A stretch of 64,000 nt of DNA from NCBI GenBank assembly GCA_965223855.1, contig CBDCXM010000009.1, positions 2,400,001 through 2,464,000 on the forward strand, read 5' to 3'. Both the position numbers and the translations under genes were made by a program. The stretch is from Candidatus Multivoradales bacterium. Lineage in GTDB: Bacteria > Acidobacteriota > Thermoanaerobaculia > Multivoradales > JAHEKO01. This document shows, piece by piece, positions 35,830 to 45,588 of this stretch; within the stretch, counting starts at the first letter, position 1, and each line of letters starts with the position of its first letter. Below the pieces are notes generated by a model, which was given only the letters and a program-made list of their open reading frames with translations, did no database searches and was not told where the DNA came from.

Positions 35830-37371
35830 ATGCGTCGGCGACTCTTCGTGGTGTCCGCTCTTGTGCTTGCCGTCTCGTTCACTGTGGCGGGTGCCTTCGG
35901 CCCGTCCCCGACGGGCCCGCACGACGCCCTGGTCGAGGGACTCGAGAAGCCGGATCCTGAGGCCTATTGGCTACCTCGCCACAGGGCGGCTCTGCTCGAG
36001 GATCCACTGCTGTTCCCGCGTCGGGCGTCGGCGACGGACGCCGCCGGGGCACCGCTGCGGTTCCGCAACAAGAGGCGTGTCAGCACCGACCTGCTCGAGC
36101 CGCCCTCCGCGGTACTGCCGACCGCCCAGGCGGAGGCGCAGACGGAGCCGTATGTCGCCGTCAATCCCGAGAATCCCCTCCACCTGGTGGCCGGTTGGCA
36201 GGAGGATCGCTTCTCGGACGGCGGTGCCCGTGCACTGGGCGTCGCGGTTTCGCTCGACGGCGGTCGGCGCTGGACCGATGCGCTCGTACCCGGGTTGACG
36301 ATCGCCTCCGGCGGCACCTGGTCGCGGGCGTCGGATCCGTGGCCTGCTTTCGGACCGGGAGGCGTCGTCTACTTCAACAGCCTGCTCTTCGAGCCCGGCC
36401 TTCCCAACGACAACGCGATCGCGGTCAGCATCTCCGAGGACGGCGGTTTCACCTGGGGGCCGCCGGTGGAGGTGGTCAGGGATCCTCTCGACTTTCACGA
36501 CAAGAACTCGATGGTGGTCGACACGGTCTCGACCGGTCCCCACCGGGGCAACGCGTATGTCGCCTGGGACATCAACCTGTTCCGCGGCGGCCGGTACGTC
36601 GCTCAGCGGCTGGTGGTGGCGCGATCGACGGACGGCGGCCGCAGCTGGAGCCGGCCGCGGAGGGTGGCGCAGGGGCCGACCAACATCGGCGTCGTCCTGC
36701 GCGTCGGCTCCGACGGCACGGTCTACGCCGTCTGGGCGGCGGCGTTGCCGGGTGCGCCGACTCTGTCGCTGCGTTTCGCCAGCAGCACCAACGGCGGCCG
36801 GCGCTTCAGCAGCCCGCGCAAGATCGCCGACATGCTGCCGATCGGCGTCGAAGGGTGGCGATCCGGAGCGATCCTCCCTTCGCTGGCGATCGATCCGCTG
36901 ACCCAAGACCTCTACGTTGCCTGGGCCGATGCCCGGTTCACCGGTACCGACCAGGCGACGGTCGTGGTGTCGCGCGACGGCGGTGCCAGCTGGACGGCGC
37001 CGATGCGGGTGAGCCGCGGTCCCGACGCCAGTCCGGCGATGACGGTCAGCGTGACGACCAACGGTGCGGGCGAAGCTCTGGTCGGCTACTACACGATTCG
37101 CAACGTCGTCGGGCGCCCGACCTTCGCCGACTACTTCGTCACCCGGTCGCGCAACCGCGGAGAATCGTTCGGGCCGCGCGTGCGGGTGAGCCGACCGTCG
37201 TTCGATGCCGGTCAGGCGGCGAGGGCCGCCCAGGGGGCCTTCTTCCTCGGTGACTACGTCGGCCTCACCGGTACGGACGACGGTTTCGTCGCGGTCTTCA
37301 CGGCTGCGTTCGCGCCCTCCCGGCTGGGACCGGGGCGGCAGGCCGACGTGTTCGCCGTGGTTTCGCGCTGA
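35830..37371 (+). CDS. Secreted sialidase-family (BNR repeat) protein
   Basis: GGAGGT SD; signal peptide; multiple SxDGGxxW Asp-boxes; SDPW, HDKN and GDY motifs. Confidence 0.85.
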   Translation: MRRRLFVVSALVLAVSFTVAGAFGPSPTGPHDALVEGLEKPDPEAYWLPRHRAALLEDPLLFPRRASATDAAGAPLRFRNKRRVSTDLLEPPSAVLPTAQAEAQTEPYVAVNPENPLHLVAGWQEDRFSDGGARALGVAVSLDGGRRWTDALVPGLTIASGGTWSRASDPWPAFGPGGVVYFNSLLFEPGLPNDNAIAVSISEDGGFTWGPPVEVVRDPLDFHDKNSMVVDTVSTGPHRGNAYVAWDINLFRGGRYVAQRLVVARSTDGGRSWSRPRRVAQGPTNIGVVLRVGSDGTVYAVWAAALPGAPTLSLRFASSTNGGRRFSSPRKIADMLPIGVEGWRSGAILPSLAIDPLTQDLYVAWADARFTGTDQATVVVSRDGGASWTAPMRVSRGPDASPAMTVSVTTNGAGEALVGYYTIRNVVGRPTFADYFVTRSRNRGESFGPRVRVSRPSFDAGQAARAAQGAFFLGDYVGLTGTDDGFVAVFTAAFAPSRLGPGRQADVFAVVSR

Positions 37372-37556
37372 CTGCCGGCCCGACGAGGGGGCGCGCTCGC
37401 CCGGGCCCGGTGTCGGTCCGCACTCAGGGGGCCGGCCTGCGATATCTTGCGATCGTGAATCTTCGGCAGTGGGGGAGCGGAAGGTCTCGCGCGACGGTGG
37501 CCCAGCGGTGACGGGTACGCGCGCGACACCGATCGAGAGCTCTCGAGGAGGCTGAG

Positions 37557-40460
37557 GTGGAGGCGGCGGGATCGAACTGGTCACGACTGTGCCGACGCCT
37601 GGGGGTGACCGTCTACCGAGGCGAGGGCCGGGCGGCACTACTGCTCTTCTTCTCGTTCTTCCTCTGCCTGACATTCCAGTACGCCGCCAAGACGGTCCGT
37701 CAGGCGACCTTCGTCGACAGCCTCGGTGCCGCGCAGCTTCCGTGGGTCTATCTCATGGTGGCCGTCGTCTCCTACCCGGCGGCGTGGCTGATCGCTCACT
37801 TCTCCCGTGTCGCTTCGCTCCGGAAGGTGGCGATCTCGTCCTTCTCGATCGTCGCGCTCAGCCTGCTCGGCTTCTGGTGGCTGTTCGGCCTCGGGTCCAA
37901 CTGGGTGCCGGTGGCGTTCTACGTCTGGGTGTCGGTGGCGATCGCCGTGACGATGACCCAACTCTGGGGACTGGCGAGCGAGACCTTCGACGCCCGGCAG
38001 GCGAAGCGACTGTTCGGTTTCCTCGGTGGCGGTGCCCTGCTGGGCGGGATCGCCGGCGGCCTGGTGGCGCGCTTCGCCGCCGCGCAGGCGGCGCCGCGCG
38101 ATGCACTTCTGGTGGCGGCGGCGCTGCTCGTGGCGATCGCGCTCCTGCTCCCGCTGCTCGACAGGAAGCCGGTCGCGTCGCGATCCGCCGGACACGTGGT
38201 CGCCCGAGAGTCGAAGCGCAAGGGGTGGTCGCTGCTTCGACGCTCGCCCTACGTGCGCCTCATCGCCGCCGTCATGCTGCTGACCGTGGTGGTGTCGCAG
38301 GTCGTCGATCTGCAGTTCAACTGGGCGGTCGAGGTTTCCACCGGCAGCCTCGAGGATCGCACTGCGTTCTTCGGCAACTTCTTCAGCCTCATGGGCGTGG
38401 CGGCTCTGTTCTTCCAACTCTTCCTGACGACCCGCATTCACAAGGCTCTCGGCGTCGGCGTGGCGTTGAGAGTCCTTCCCGCCTCACTGGGTGCCGGCAC
38501 GCTGGCGCTGCTGATCACCGCTTCCGCGTTGCCGGGCAGCCTGCTGATCGCGGTCCTCGGGCTCAAGCTGATCGAGAGCGGCATGCGCTACTCGATCGAC
38601 GATTCGTCGCGCGAGCTCCTCTTCCTGCCGTTGACGCGCGACGATCGCGTCGAGGCCAAGGCGTTCGTCGACATCGTCGTCAAGCGCGGCGCGAAGGGGG
38701 TCGCGGCGATCGTGCTGCTCCCGGTCACCCTGGGCTGGCTCACACCCGTGAGTCTCGGCTGGCTTTCGCTGGCCGCCGTCGTCGTCTGGCTGTGGCTGGT
38801 CTCGCGGGTGGTCCGGGGATACGTCCGCAGCTTCCGTCGCGGCCTCGAGCGTCGCGAGATCGACCGTGGGGCGTTCATCGACCTCTCGGACGGCACGACA
38901 CTGGCACTGCTGGTGGAGTCGCTCGGCAGTCTCGACGGCCGCCAGGTCGTGCACAGCATCGACCTTCTCGCGGACCAGGGACACGCCAGGCTCGTGCCGC
39001 CGCTGCTGCTGTTCCACGACGATCCCGAGGTTCGTCTGAGGACTCTCCGCGTGCTGGCAGCCGAGGGGAGGAGCGACGCTCTGCCGCTGGTCGAGCGGCG
39101 GCTCGCTGACGACAGCCCGGAAGTGAGGGCCGAGGCGACCCGCGTGCTCGCGGAGATGAGGCACGAGGACGCCTGCGAGATGATGCTGCCGCGACTCGGC
39201 TCGCACGAGGTCGGGGTCAAGGCGGCGGCGATCGCCTGCCTGGCAACGCACGGTGACGGCGAGATGGCCTCGACCGCCGAGGAGACGCTCGAAGACCTGA
39301 TCTCCGAGGCGGAGGCCGAGGCGAGGATCGAGGCGGCGCGAGTCATCGGCGCTCTCTCCGAACAGCGCTTCGCCGGCCGGCTGGTCCTGCTGCTCTACGA
39401 CCCGGAGCCGGAGGTCGTGAGGGCAGCGATCGGAGCGATCCGGCGACGTTGCGAGCGCGACGGCCCCAACCCCCTCTACCTGCCGACGCTGATCTCGCTG
39501 CTGGCGAACCGGCGGCTCAAGCACGACGCACGGCAGGCGCTGGCGGCCTACGGAGCCGATGCCGTTCCGGCGCTCGTTCACATGATGGAAGAGCCGGACG
39601 AGCCGATCTGGGTCCGTCGGGCCATCCCGAAGACGATCGCGAGGATCGAAGATCCCGGCGCGCGGGAGGCGCTCCTTCAAGGGCTGGGGGTGCATACGGA
39701 CCCCTTCCTGCGACGAAAGCTCCTCGAGGCGCTCGCCTCGACCGGAAAGGCTCCTCTCGACTCGGTCGCCGCCCAGAGGGTTCGCAGCGAGATTCGCGTC
39801 GAGGCGAGGCGCTACCTTCTGATGCTGGCCGATCTCTACACTCTCGACCCCGGAGCCGCGGAGGAAGTGCATGCGCTGAGGATCGCCTCGCCGGTGCGGC
39901 TGCTCGATCGTCTCCTCGCGGAGCGGGCCGAGGACCACCGCCGCAATCTGTTCTTCCTGCTCTCCTTCCTCTACGAGCGGGAGTCGATCTGGAACGCGTT
40001 CCGCGGGCTCGGCGAGCCGTCGCTGCGGCCCAGTGCGCTCGAGTACCTCGACTACACCCTGGGCGGCGATGAACATCGTGACGTGCTCGCCGCGATCGGC
40101 GACGCGCCTCTGGTGGAGAAGTTGGGCCGCTCCGAGCGGACCTTCGGCATCGCGCGGGGCTCGAGGTCGGTGGTCGTCGCCAAGCACCTGTCCCCGCAGG
40201 ACGATGCGAAGGTCGATGCGCCCTTCCTGACGGTCGGGGCGATTCACGCGGTGGTCTCCGACCAGCTCATCGATCTGCTCCCGGTCGTCGAGTCGCTCCT
40301 CTCGACCGCCACCGACGACTTCGTGCTCGAGACCGCAACCTGGGCGCTCGGGACAGGAATGGCGCAGGGTCGTGCCGTCCGCATGCGGCAGGAAGGACCA
40401 CGGGAACCTCCGGGGACAGCCCCGGGGCGAGCCAGGCGGGAGGGCAGAGACCGGACATGA
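37557..40460 (+). CDS. NTT (Npt1/Npt2, TLC ATP/ADP translocase-like) MFS transporter fused to HEAT repeats
   Basis: About 12 TM helices with KTVRQATFV, FYVWV, QLWGLASETFDARQAKRLFG, RYSIDDSSRELLFLPL, KAFVD; followed by HEAT repeats (DDPEVR, DSPEVR, DPEPEVVR). Confidence 0.88.
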   Translation: MEAAGSNWSRLCRRLGVTVYRGEGRAALLLFFSFFLCLTFQYAAKTVRQATFVDSLGAAQLPWVYLMVAVVSYPAAWLIAHFSRVASLRKVAISSFSIVALSLLGFWWLFGLGSNWVPVAFYVWVSVAIAVTMTQLWGLASETFDARQAKRLFGFLGGGALLGGIAGGLVARFAAAQAAPRDALLVAAALLVAIALLLPLLDRKPVASRSAGHVVARESKRKGWSLLRRSPYVRLIAAVMLLTVVVSQVVDLQFNWAVEVSTGSLEDRTAFFGNFFSLMGVAALFFQLFLTTRIHKALGVGVALRVLPASLGAGTLALLITASALPGSLLIAVLGLKLIESGMRYSIDDSSRELLFLPLTRDDRVEAKAFVDIVVKRGAKGVAAIVLLPVTLGWLTPVSLGWLSLAAVVVWLWLVSRVVRGYVRSFRRGLERREIDRGAFIDLSDGTTLALLVESLGSLDGRQVVHSIDLLADQGHARLVPPLLLFHDDPEVRLRTLRVLAAEGRSDALPLVERRLADDSPEVRAEATRVLAEMRHEDACEMMLPRLGSHEVGVKAAAIACLATHGDGEMASTAEETLEDLISEAEAEARIEAARVIGALSEQRFAGRLVLLLYDPEPEVVRAAIGAIRRRCERDGPNPLYLPTLISLLANRRLKHDARQALAAYGADAVPALVHMMEEPDEPIWVRRAIPKTIARIEDPGAREALLQGLGVHTDPFLRRKLLEALASTGKAPLDSVAAQRVRSEIRVEARRYLLMLADLYTLDPGAAEEVHALRIASPVRLLDRLLAERAEDHRRNLFFLLSFLYERESIWNAFRGLGEPSLRPSALEYLDYTLGGDEHRDVLAAIGDAPLVEKLGRSERTFGIARGSRSVVVAKHLSPQDDAKVDAPFLTVGAIHAVVSDQLIDLLPVVESLLSTATDDFVLETATWALGTGMAQGRAVRMRQEGPREPPGTAPGRARREGRDRT

Positions 40461-40489
40461 GAGAGTCGAGTCGGCGAGTGGAGGTCGGA

Positions 40490-40933
40490 ATGACTGAGTT
40501 GGCGCGCATCGAGCGAGTCCTGCTGCTCCAGCGAGTGAAGCTGCTGGCTTCGTGCAGTGCGGACCAGATTCTGCGTATCTCCGGCATCACCAGCGAGGGC
40601 ACCTTCGAGGCGGGGGAGGTGATCTACGAGGCGGGCGAGCCGGCGAGGGCGCTCTATTTCGTCGAGCGCGGTACCGTGAGGCTCACGCCGGCGCGCCCCG
40701 GCGAGACCCTCGTGGGTCCGGCCCAGACGTTCGGGGTCGTGGAGATCCTGAGTGGTCGGATGCGCACCCGCACCGCGATGGCGGAGTCGGAGACCCGCGT
40801 CCTGGCGGTCAGTGCGGAAGACTTCTTCGATCTGCTCTCGAACAACATCGAGATCGTCAAGGCGCTCTTCCGCCAGCTCCTCGGTGAGCGGGCCGCGGAT
40901 ACCGACGCCGGAGAGACAGGGAGTAGCCGATGA
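40490..40933 (+). CDS. Stand-alone cyclic-nucleotide-binding domain protein
   Basis: IERVLLLQRV, GEVIYEAGEP..ALYFVERGTV, FGVVEIL...RTRTA; no HTH. Alternative start 40457 overlaps the upstream stop (ATGA). Confidence 0.88.
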   Translation: MTELARIERVLLLQRVKLLASCSADQILRISGITSEGTFEAGEVIYEAGEPARALYFVERGTVRLTPARPGETLVGPAQTFGVVEILSGRMRTRTAMAESETRVLAVSAEDFFDLLSNNIEIVKALFRQLLGERAADTDAGETGSSR

Positions 40934-43047
40934 GACGAGTGACCGCGAGCGCTCTCGCCCTGATCTTCGTCGGGGCGATGGGCGCGAGCTCTCCGGCCGC
41001 CGCCAAGCGGGTGGTCGCGATCGGCGACGTCCATGGCAGCTTCGATGAGTTCACCGCCATCCTCCGTGCCGCCGAGCTGATCGACGAGGAGGGGCGCTGG
41101 AGTGGTGGTGAGTCGATCTTCGTGCAGACGGGGGATCTGCTTGACCGGGGGGTCGGAGTGCGGGCGGTGATGGATCTGCTGATGGCCCTCGAACCTCAGG
41201 CTGCCGCGGCCGGGGGGCGGATCGTCGGGCTGCTGGGCAATCACGAGGTGATGAACATGGTGGGCGTGCGGCGCGATGTCGCGATGCAGGGACAGTCGCC
41301 GGGTCCCGTCTACGCGACGTTCGCCGATAGCGACTCGAAGCGGCGACAACGGGAGGCGGCCGACGCCTGGAAGCGTTGGCAGGCCCGCTTCCCCGACTGC
41401 GCTCCGGGCAGCAGGAGGGAGTGGCTCGCCGCCCACCCGGAGGGGTACGTCGAGTACGCGACCGCCTTCACGGCGGAGGGGGCCTACGGCAGGTGGCTGC
41501 GTGAGCGCTCCGCGGTCGCCAGGGTCGGCGGGTCGATCTTCGCCCACGGTGGTCTCAGCCCTGAGCTGGCCGCGAGTGGAAAGGGCGGTTCCATCGAGGC
41601 GATCAACGATGCGGTGGCCGCCGAGCTGGCGCGCTGGGACGAGGATTTCGCCTTTCTGGTGGAGGCCGGCGTGGCGCTCGAGTTCAGCGAGTTGACCGAG
41701 GTCTCGTGCGCGCTCGAGCAGGTGCTCGCTCCCTCCGCGGCGGATCCCGGCAGCGGTGCCGATCGGGAGAGGTTCGCCGAGATCGACTCCCGATTCCCGT
41801 CTCCCTCCGGTTGGCTGTCGTTCTCCGGGGACGGTCCCCTCTGGTTTCGCGGCTATGCGAAGTGGGGAGACGAGAAGAGCGGTAGCGTCGATCGGCTGCT
41901 CGCCGCCTACGGGGCCGAGCGATTGGTCGCTGGGCACACGCCGCAGCCGGGGACCGTCGCCTCGCGCTTCGGAGGGAAGGTGTTTCTGATCGACACCGCT
42001 GTCGTCTACGGGGCGGAGGCGAAGGGGCGTCCGGCCGCCCTGGAGCTGATCGATGGCCGGGCATCGGCGATCTATCTCGACGGCACGGTGAGGCTCGACA
42101 TCGACGAGAGCACGCCTGACGCGGGATCGCCGACCGTCGAAGCCGTGCCGTTCCGCTGGTTGGGCGAAGAGGGAGAGGCGTTGCCGTTCGACGATGCCGA
42201 GGCCGTGCGGCAGTTCCTTTCGACTGCCGAGATCGTCTCGATCAGGGCACTTCCCGACGGCGTGACCAAACCGCGGCGGATGGCGATGGAGTCCGGAGGA
42301 GTGCGCGCCAGGGCGGTCTTCCGCTACGTCCACATCGAATCGCTGCGCAAGCGACTGTCGTCCGGCGAGTTCGTCATGTACTTCCGCGACAGCTACGTCA
42401 ACGAGGTGGCCGCCTACGAGCTGGCAGCGCTTTTCGGACTCGACAACATCCCGCCCGTCGTGCTGCGCGAGGTGAGCGGCCAGGAGGGATCGGTGCAGGC
42501 CTGGCTGGAACACTCGATGCGCGAGACCGACCGACGCCAAAGGGGACTCAAACCTCCGAATCAGCGCTACTACAACAACCAGTTCTACCAGATGCGGGTG
42601 TTCGACAACCTGATCCACAACATCGACCGCAACCAGGGCAACTTCCTGTTCGACGAGAACTGGAAGCTGTGGATGATCGATCACACGAGAGCCTTCGCGC
42701 GAGAGAAGAAGAAGCTCTGGGCGCCGGACGAGGTGATCGGTCTCACCCCGGAACTGTGGCGACGGTTGCAGGAAGTCAAGGACGAGGAGATCGTCGCGGC
42801 CCTCGATGCCTACCTCCCCGGACCCGAGCTGCGAGCCCTGCTCGCAAGACGGGAGCTGCTCGTCGAACTCATCCGTCGGAGAATCGCCGAGAGGGGCGAG
42901 GGACGTGTGCTCTTCGATCTCGATCCGGCGAAGCCGGAGGTCGTGGTCACGATCGAGGAACCGCCGCCGTTGCCGGAGGCGGATGTCGAGACCGGAGCCG
43001 AGGCTCAGGCGGGGGGCGAAGCGGAGGACAGTGAGGACGTGAACTAG
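40930..43047 (+). CDS. Secreted Shelph-like metallophosphoesterase fused to an atypical (Fam20C/PI4K-like) kinase domain
   Basis: Signal peptide ending PAAA; GDVHG, GDLLDRG, GNHE, HGG, GHT, IDT; C-terminal NEVAAYEL, GSVQAW, FDNLIHNIDRNQGN, IDHTRAF. Confidence 0.85.
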   Translation: MRRVTASALALIFVGAMGASSPAAAKRVVAIGDVHGSFDEFTAILRAAELIDEEGRWSGGESIFVQTGDLLDRGVGVRAVMDLLMALEPQAAAAGGRIVGLLGNHEVMNMVGVRRDVAMQGQSPGPVYATFADSDSKRRQREAADAWKRWQARFPDCAPGSRREWLAAHPEGYVEYATAFTAEGAYGRWLRERSAVARVGGSIFAHGGLSPELAASGKGGSIEAINDAVAAELARWDEDFAFLVEAGVALEFSELTEVSCALEQVLAPSAADPGSGADRERFAEIDSRFPSPSGWLSFSGDGPLWFRGYAKWGDEKSGSVDRLLAAYGAERLVAGHTPQPGTVASRFGGKVFLIDTAVVYGAEAKGRPAALELIDGRASAIYLDGTVRLDIDESTPDAGSPTVEAVPFRWLGEEGEALPFDDAEAVRQFLSTAEIVSIRALPDGVTKPRRMAMESGGVRARAVFRYVHIESLRKRLSSGEFVMYFRDSYVNEVAAYELAALFGLDNIPPVVLREVSGQEGSVQAWLEHSMRETDRRQRGLKPPNQRYYNNQFYQMRVFDNLIHNIDRNQGNFLFDENWKLWMIDHTRAFAREKKKLWAPDEVIGLTPELWRRLQEVKDEEIVAALDAYLPGPELRALLARRELLVELIRRRIAERGEGRVLFDLDPAKPEVVVTIEEPPPLPEADVETGAEAQAGGEAEDSEDVN

Positions 43048-44336
43048 CGGTCGGGCCGGCGGGACCGTCGGGGCAGCGCCTCGGCGCCGACCACGACCGG
43101 CCAGGCCGACACGGTTCCGGTCTCGAAGCCGTCGTCGAAGATGGCGCTGATCGAGAAGACTGCGAGCGTGTTGGGGAAGAACCCGGTCACGTAGAGGTGT
43201 CGGGCATCCGGGGAGCTGCGGACATCCGCCGGTGACGAGATTCCCGTGACACCGTCGACCCCCTCGCAGGTCAGCTTCGCCAGCTCGAGGCGTCCTGCCG
43301 CGGCGTCGATGCGAACCGCAGCGATGGCCTGATGAATACCCAGCGTGGCGAAGAGAGTCCTGTCGCTCGTGAAGCCCAGCTTGGCTGCTGGATCGGCCGC
43401 GTTGGGGGTACAGCCTCCCTGGGAGGGCGGATTGGGCAACTCGGCGAGCAGCTTCAGATCGCCGGTGGTCGGGTCGCGTGCGAGGAGAGTCAGCCAGTCG
43501 AATCCTTCGAGGAACGTCTGACTCGCGGCCACCACGAAGTGGCCGTCCGGACTGACGGCTACATCGGTGACCAGGTCGAGCCAGCCCGAGCTTGCGACCG
43601 CGTCTCCGAACGCCAGCGAGCCATCGGCCCCGCGCGCGAAGTGAATCACGCTGTCGTCGAGTACCGAAGCGACGTAGAGCGAACTGCCGTCCGGGGAGAG
43701 GTTCAGCCCGAGCGGAGCAGAGAGCCCGGTCACCCCGTCGACGCCGTCGACGACCGCCTCGAGGTACGTCAGCCTTCCCGAGGCCGAGCGTTCGAAGACC
43801 GCCACGGCGGAATCGCTGAGACCGGCCACGTAGAGGTGCCGGTCGTCAGGCGAGAGCACCAGATCCCGAGCACCGTCGAGTCCGTCGACGCCCCCGATCC
43901 CGTCGATCAGGGTCTGGTCGAGTTGGAGCAGCCCGGTCGACGGGTCGCGCTGCCACACACTCACCTGGTCCGACTGTGCCGAGGCGGCGTAGATTTGCAG
44001 GCCGTCGGAGGACACGGCGAGAGCGGCGACCAGCGCCAACGACGTGTCGAACGCCCGCTGGACGAAGGTGAGCAGCCCGGTCGACGGGTCCCGCTCGAAC
44101 ACCACCAGGGAGCGGCCGCTGGTGGCGGCGACGACAACGTGCCGTCCGTCGGGAGTGACCGCGACCTCGATCGGCTGCTGCAGGCCGGTGATTCCCGACG
44201 TTCCGTCCTCGAGGACCTGCAGGAAGCGGAGTGCGGCAGAGCCGCTCGCCGGAGCCGCCGCAGCGAGCAGGAAGCCGAGCAGCAGCGCAGGGACGAGGCG
44301 GCGGAGACCGTATCGGGCACGAGTGGGCGGGAGCAT
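43044..44336 (-). CDS. Secreted lactonase-family 7-bladed beta-propeller protein with IFDDGFE tail
   Basis: Signal peptide; repeats SPDxxHLYV...VFxRDPxTGxL and DGVDGVxGL. Confidence 0.85.
   Translation of the reverse strand: MLPPTRARYGLRRLVPALLLGFLLAAAAPASGSAALRFLQVLEDGTSGITGLQQPIEVAVTPDGRHVVVAATSGRSLVVFERDPSTGLLTFVQRAFDTSLALVAALAVSSDGLQIYAASAQSDQVSVWQRDPSTGLLQLDQTLIDGIGGVDGLDGARDLVLSPDDRHLYVAGLSDSAVAVFERSASGRLTYLEAVVDGVDGVTGLSAPLGLNLSPDGSSLYVASVLDDSVIHFARGADGSLAFGDAVASSGWLDLVTDVAVSPDGHFVVAASQTFLEGFDWLTLLARDPTTGDLKLLAELPNPPSQGGCTPNAADPAAKLGFTSDRTLFATLGIHQAIAAVRIDAAAGRLELAKLTCEGVDGVTGISSPADVRSSPDARHLYVTGFFPNTLAVFSISAIFDDGFETGTVSAWPVVVGAEALPRRSRRPDR
43101..43142 (-). repeat. C-terminal tag copy 2: IFDDGFETGTVSAW
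   Basis: Direct translation; followed by an 18-aa extension. Confidence 0.85.
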
Positions 44337-44473
44337 GGTGGAGCAGATTCAGAGTCCGAGCCGGATCGCGAGGACTCTCCGGGTGAGTGCCTGCTGCGAG
44401 GCGAGAGGTTCAGAAGCTGGCGGTGCTCTCGGAGCAGCGACTATGCTGCTGCGAAACGTCGAGGGAGGTTGCC

Positions 44474-45325
44474 ATGGTGACAGTTCAACGGTGGATCCGC
44501 AGGGTTCTGAGCCCGGCCCGCGACCAGGCGCCGATCGGCTTCGCGCTGCTGCTGATGCTGCCGGCCGGCGGCGCTGTGGCCGACGAACGAGCTCTCGATC
44601 TTGCCGGCGCGCGGCTCGTCGATCTCACCTGGACGCTGGGCGAGGAGACCCTCTACTGGCCGACTTCGCCGTCGCGCTTCGAGCTGCAGGTGCTGGCGCA
44701 CGGTGAGACCGAGGCCGGCTTCTTCTACGCGGCGAACTCCTTCTGCACGCCCGAGCATGGCGGGACGCACCTCGACGCACCGATCCACTTCGCCAGGGAC
44801 CGTTGGACAGCGGAGGAGATCCCGGTCGAGCGACTGGCCGGCCCGCTGGTGGTGATCGACGTCAGCGAGGCGGCGGCTGAAGCGGAGGAGTACCTGCTCT
44901 CATCGGAAGACGTGAACCGCTACGAGGAGGCTCACGGCCGGATCGCTCCCGGTTCGATCGTCATGCTCCGCACCGGCTGGGACCGCTTCTGGCCCGAGGC
45001 CCGCGCCTATCTGGGCGATGACACGCCGGGCGACGCATCGAAGCTCAGGTTCCCCTCCTACGGCGTTGCCGCGGTGCAGCTCCTCGTCGAGCGGGGCGTC
45101 GCCGCGCTGGGTGTCGACACCGCCAGCATCGACCCCGGAAGCTCGACCGACTTCCCCGTCCATCGGCTGGCGAACGAGGCGAATCTCTACGGCCTCGAGA
45201 ACGTAGCCCGGCTGGGAGAGGTACCCGCCAGCGGCGCCTGGGTCTTCGCCCTGCCGACCAAGATCGAGGGCGGCTCGGGCGCGCCGGTCAGGATCGTCGC
45301 CGTGGTCGGCCGATCCACGCAGTAG
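44474..45325 (+). CDS. Cyclase family (kynurenine formamidase-like) metallohydrolase, probably exported
   Basis: EHGGTHLDAPIHF, LRTGW, GVDTASID, GLEN, GGSGAPVR; GGAGG SD. Confidence 0.9.
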   Translation: MVTVQRWIRRVLSPARDQAPIGFALLLMLPAGGAVADERALDLAGARLVDLTWTLGEETLYWPTSPSRFELQVLAHGETEAGFFYAANSFCTPEHGGTHLDAPIHFARDRWTAEEIPVERLAGPLVVIDVSEAAAEAEEYLLSSEDVNRYEEAHGRIAPGSIVMLRTGWDRFWPEARAYLGDDTPGDASKLRFPSYGVAAVQLLVERGVAALGVDTASIDPGSSTDFPVHRLANEANLYGLENVARLGEVPASGAWVFALPTKIEGGSGAPVRIVAVVGRSTQ

Positions 45326-45588
45326 GCGGCGAGACGGTTCCACCTGGTGGGTGACGGCGCATAGGCCGTCGAGTGGCCGGCTTGCTCGCTTGCCGAGGCC
45401 CGCAGCTTTGCCTTCGGCTTGTCCCGGTCGGGCCGGAGGAGGCCGTTGACCGGTTGCCGCCTTCGCGCATACCGATCGATCGCCTGGCCCGATAGCGGCC
45501 GGCTCACCGTTCTACTTTACAGAGCAACCTGTCGCGATACGCCCAAGGCTGCTAGTCTTCATGAACCACTTACTGGAAAGGAAGTTCG

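Noticed and set aside
37557-40460. NTT as evidence of energy parasitism
   Set aside because: The HEAT-fused form and the rich, high-GC gene content fit a free-living organism.
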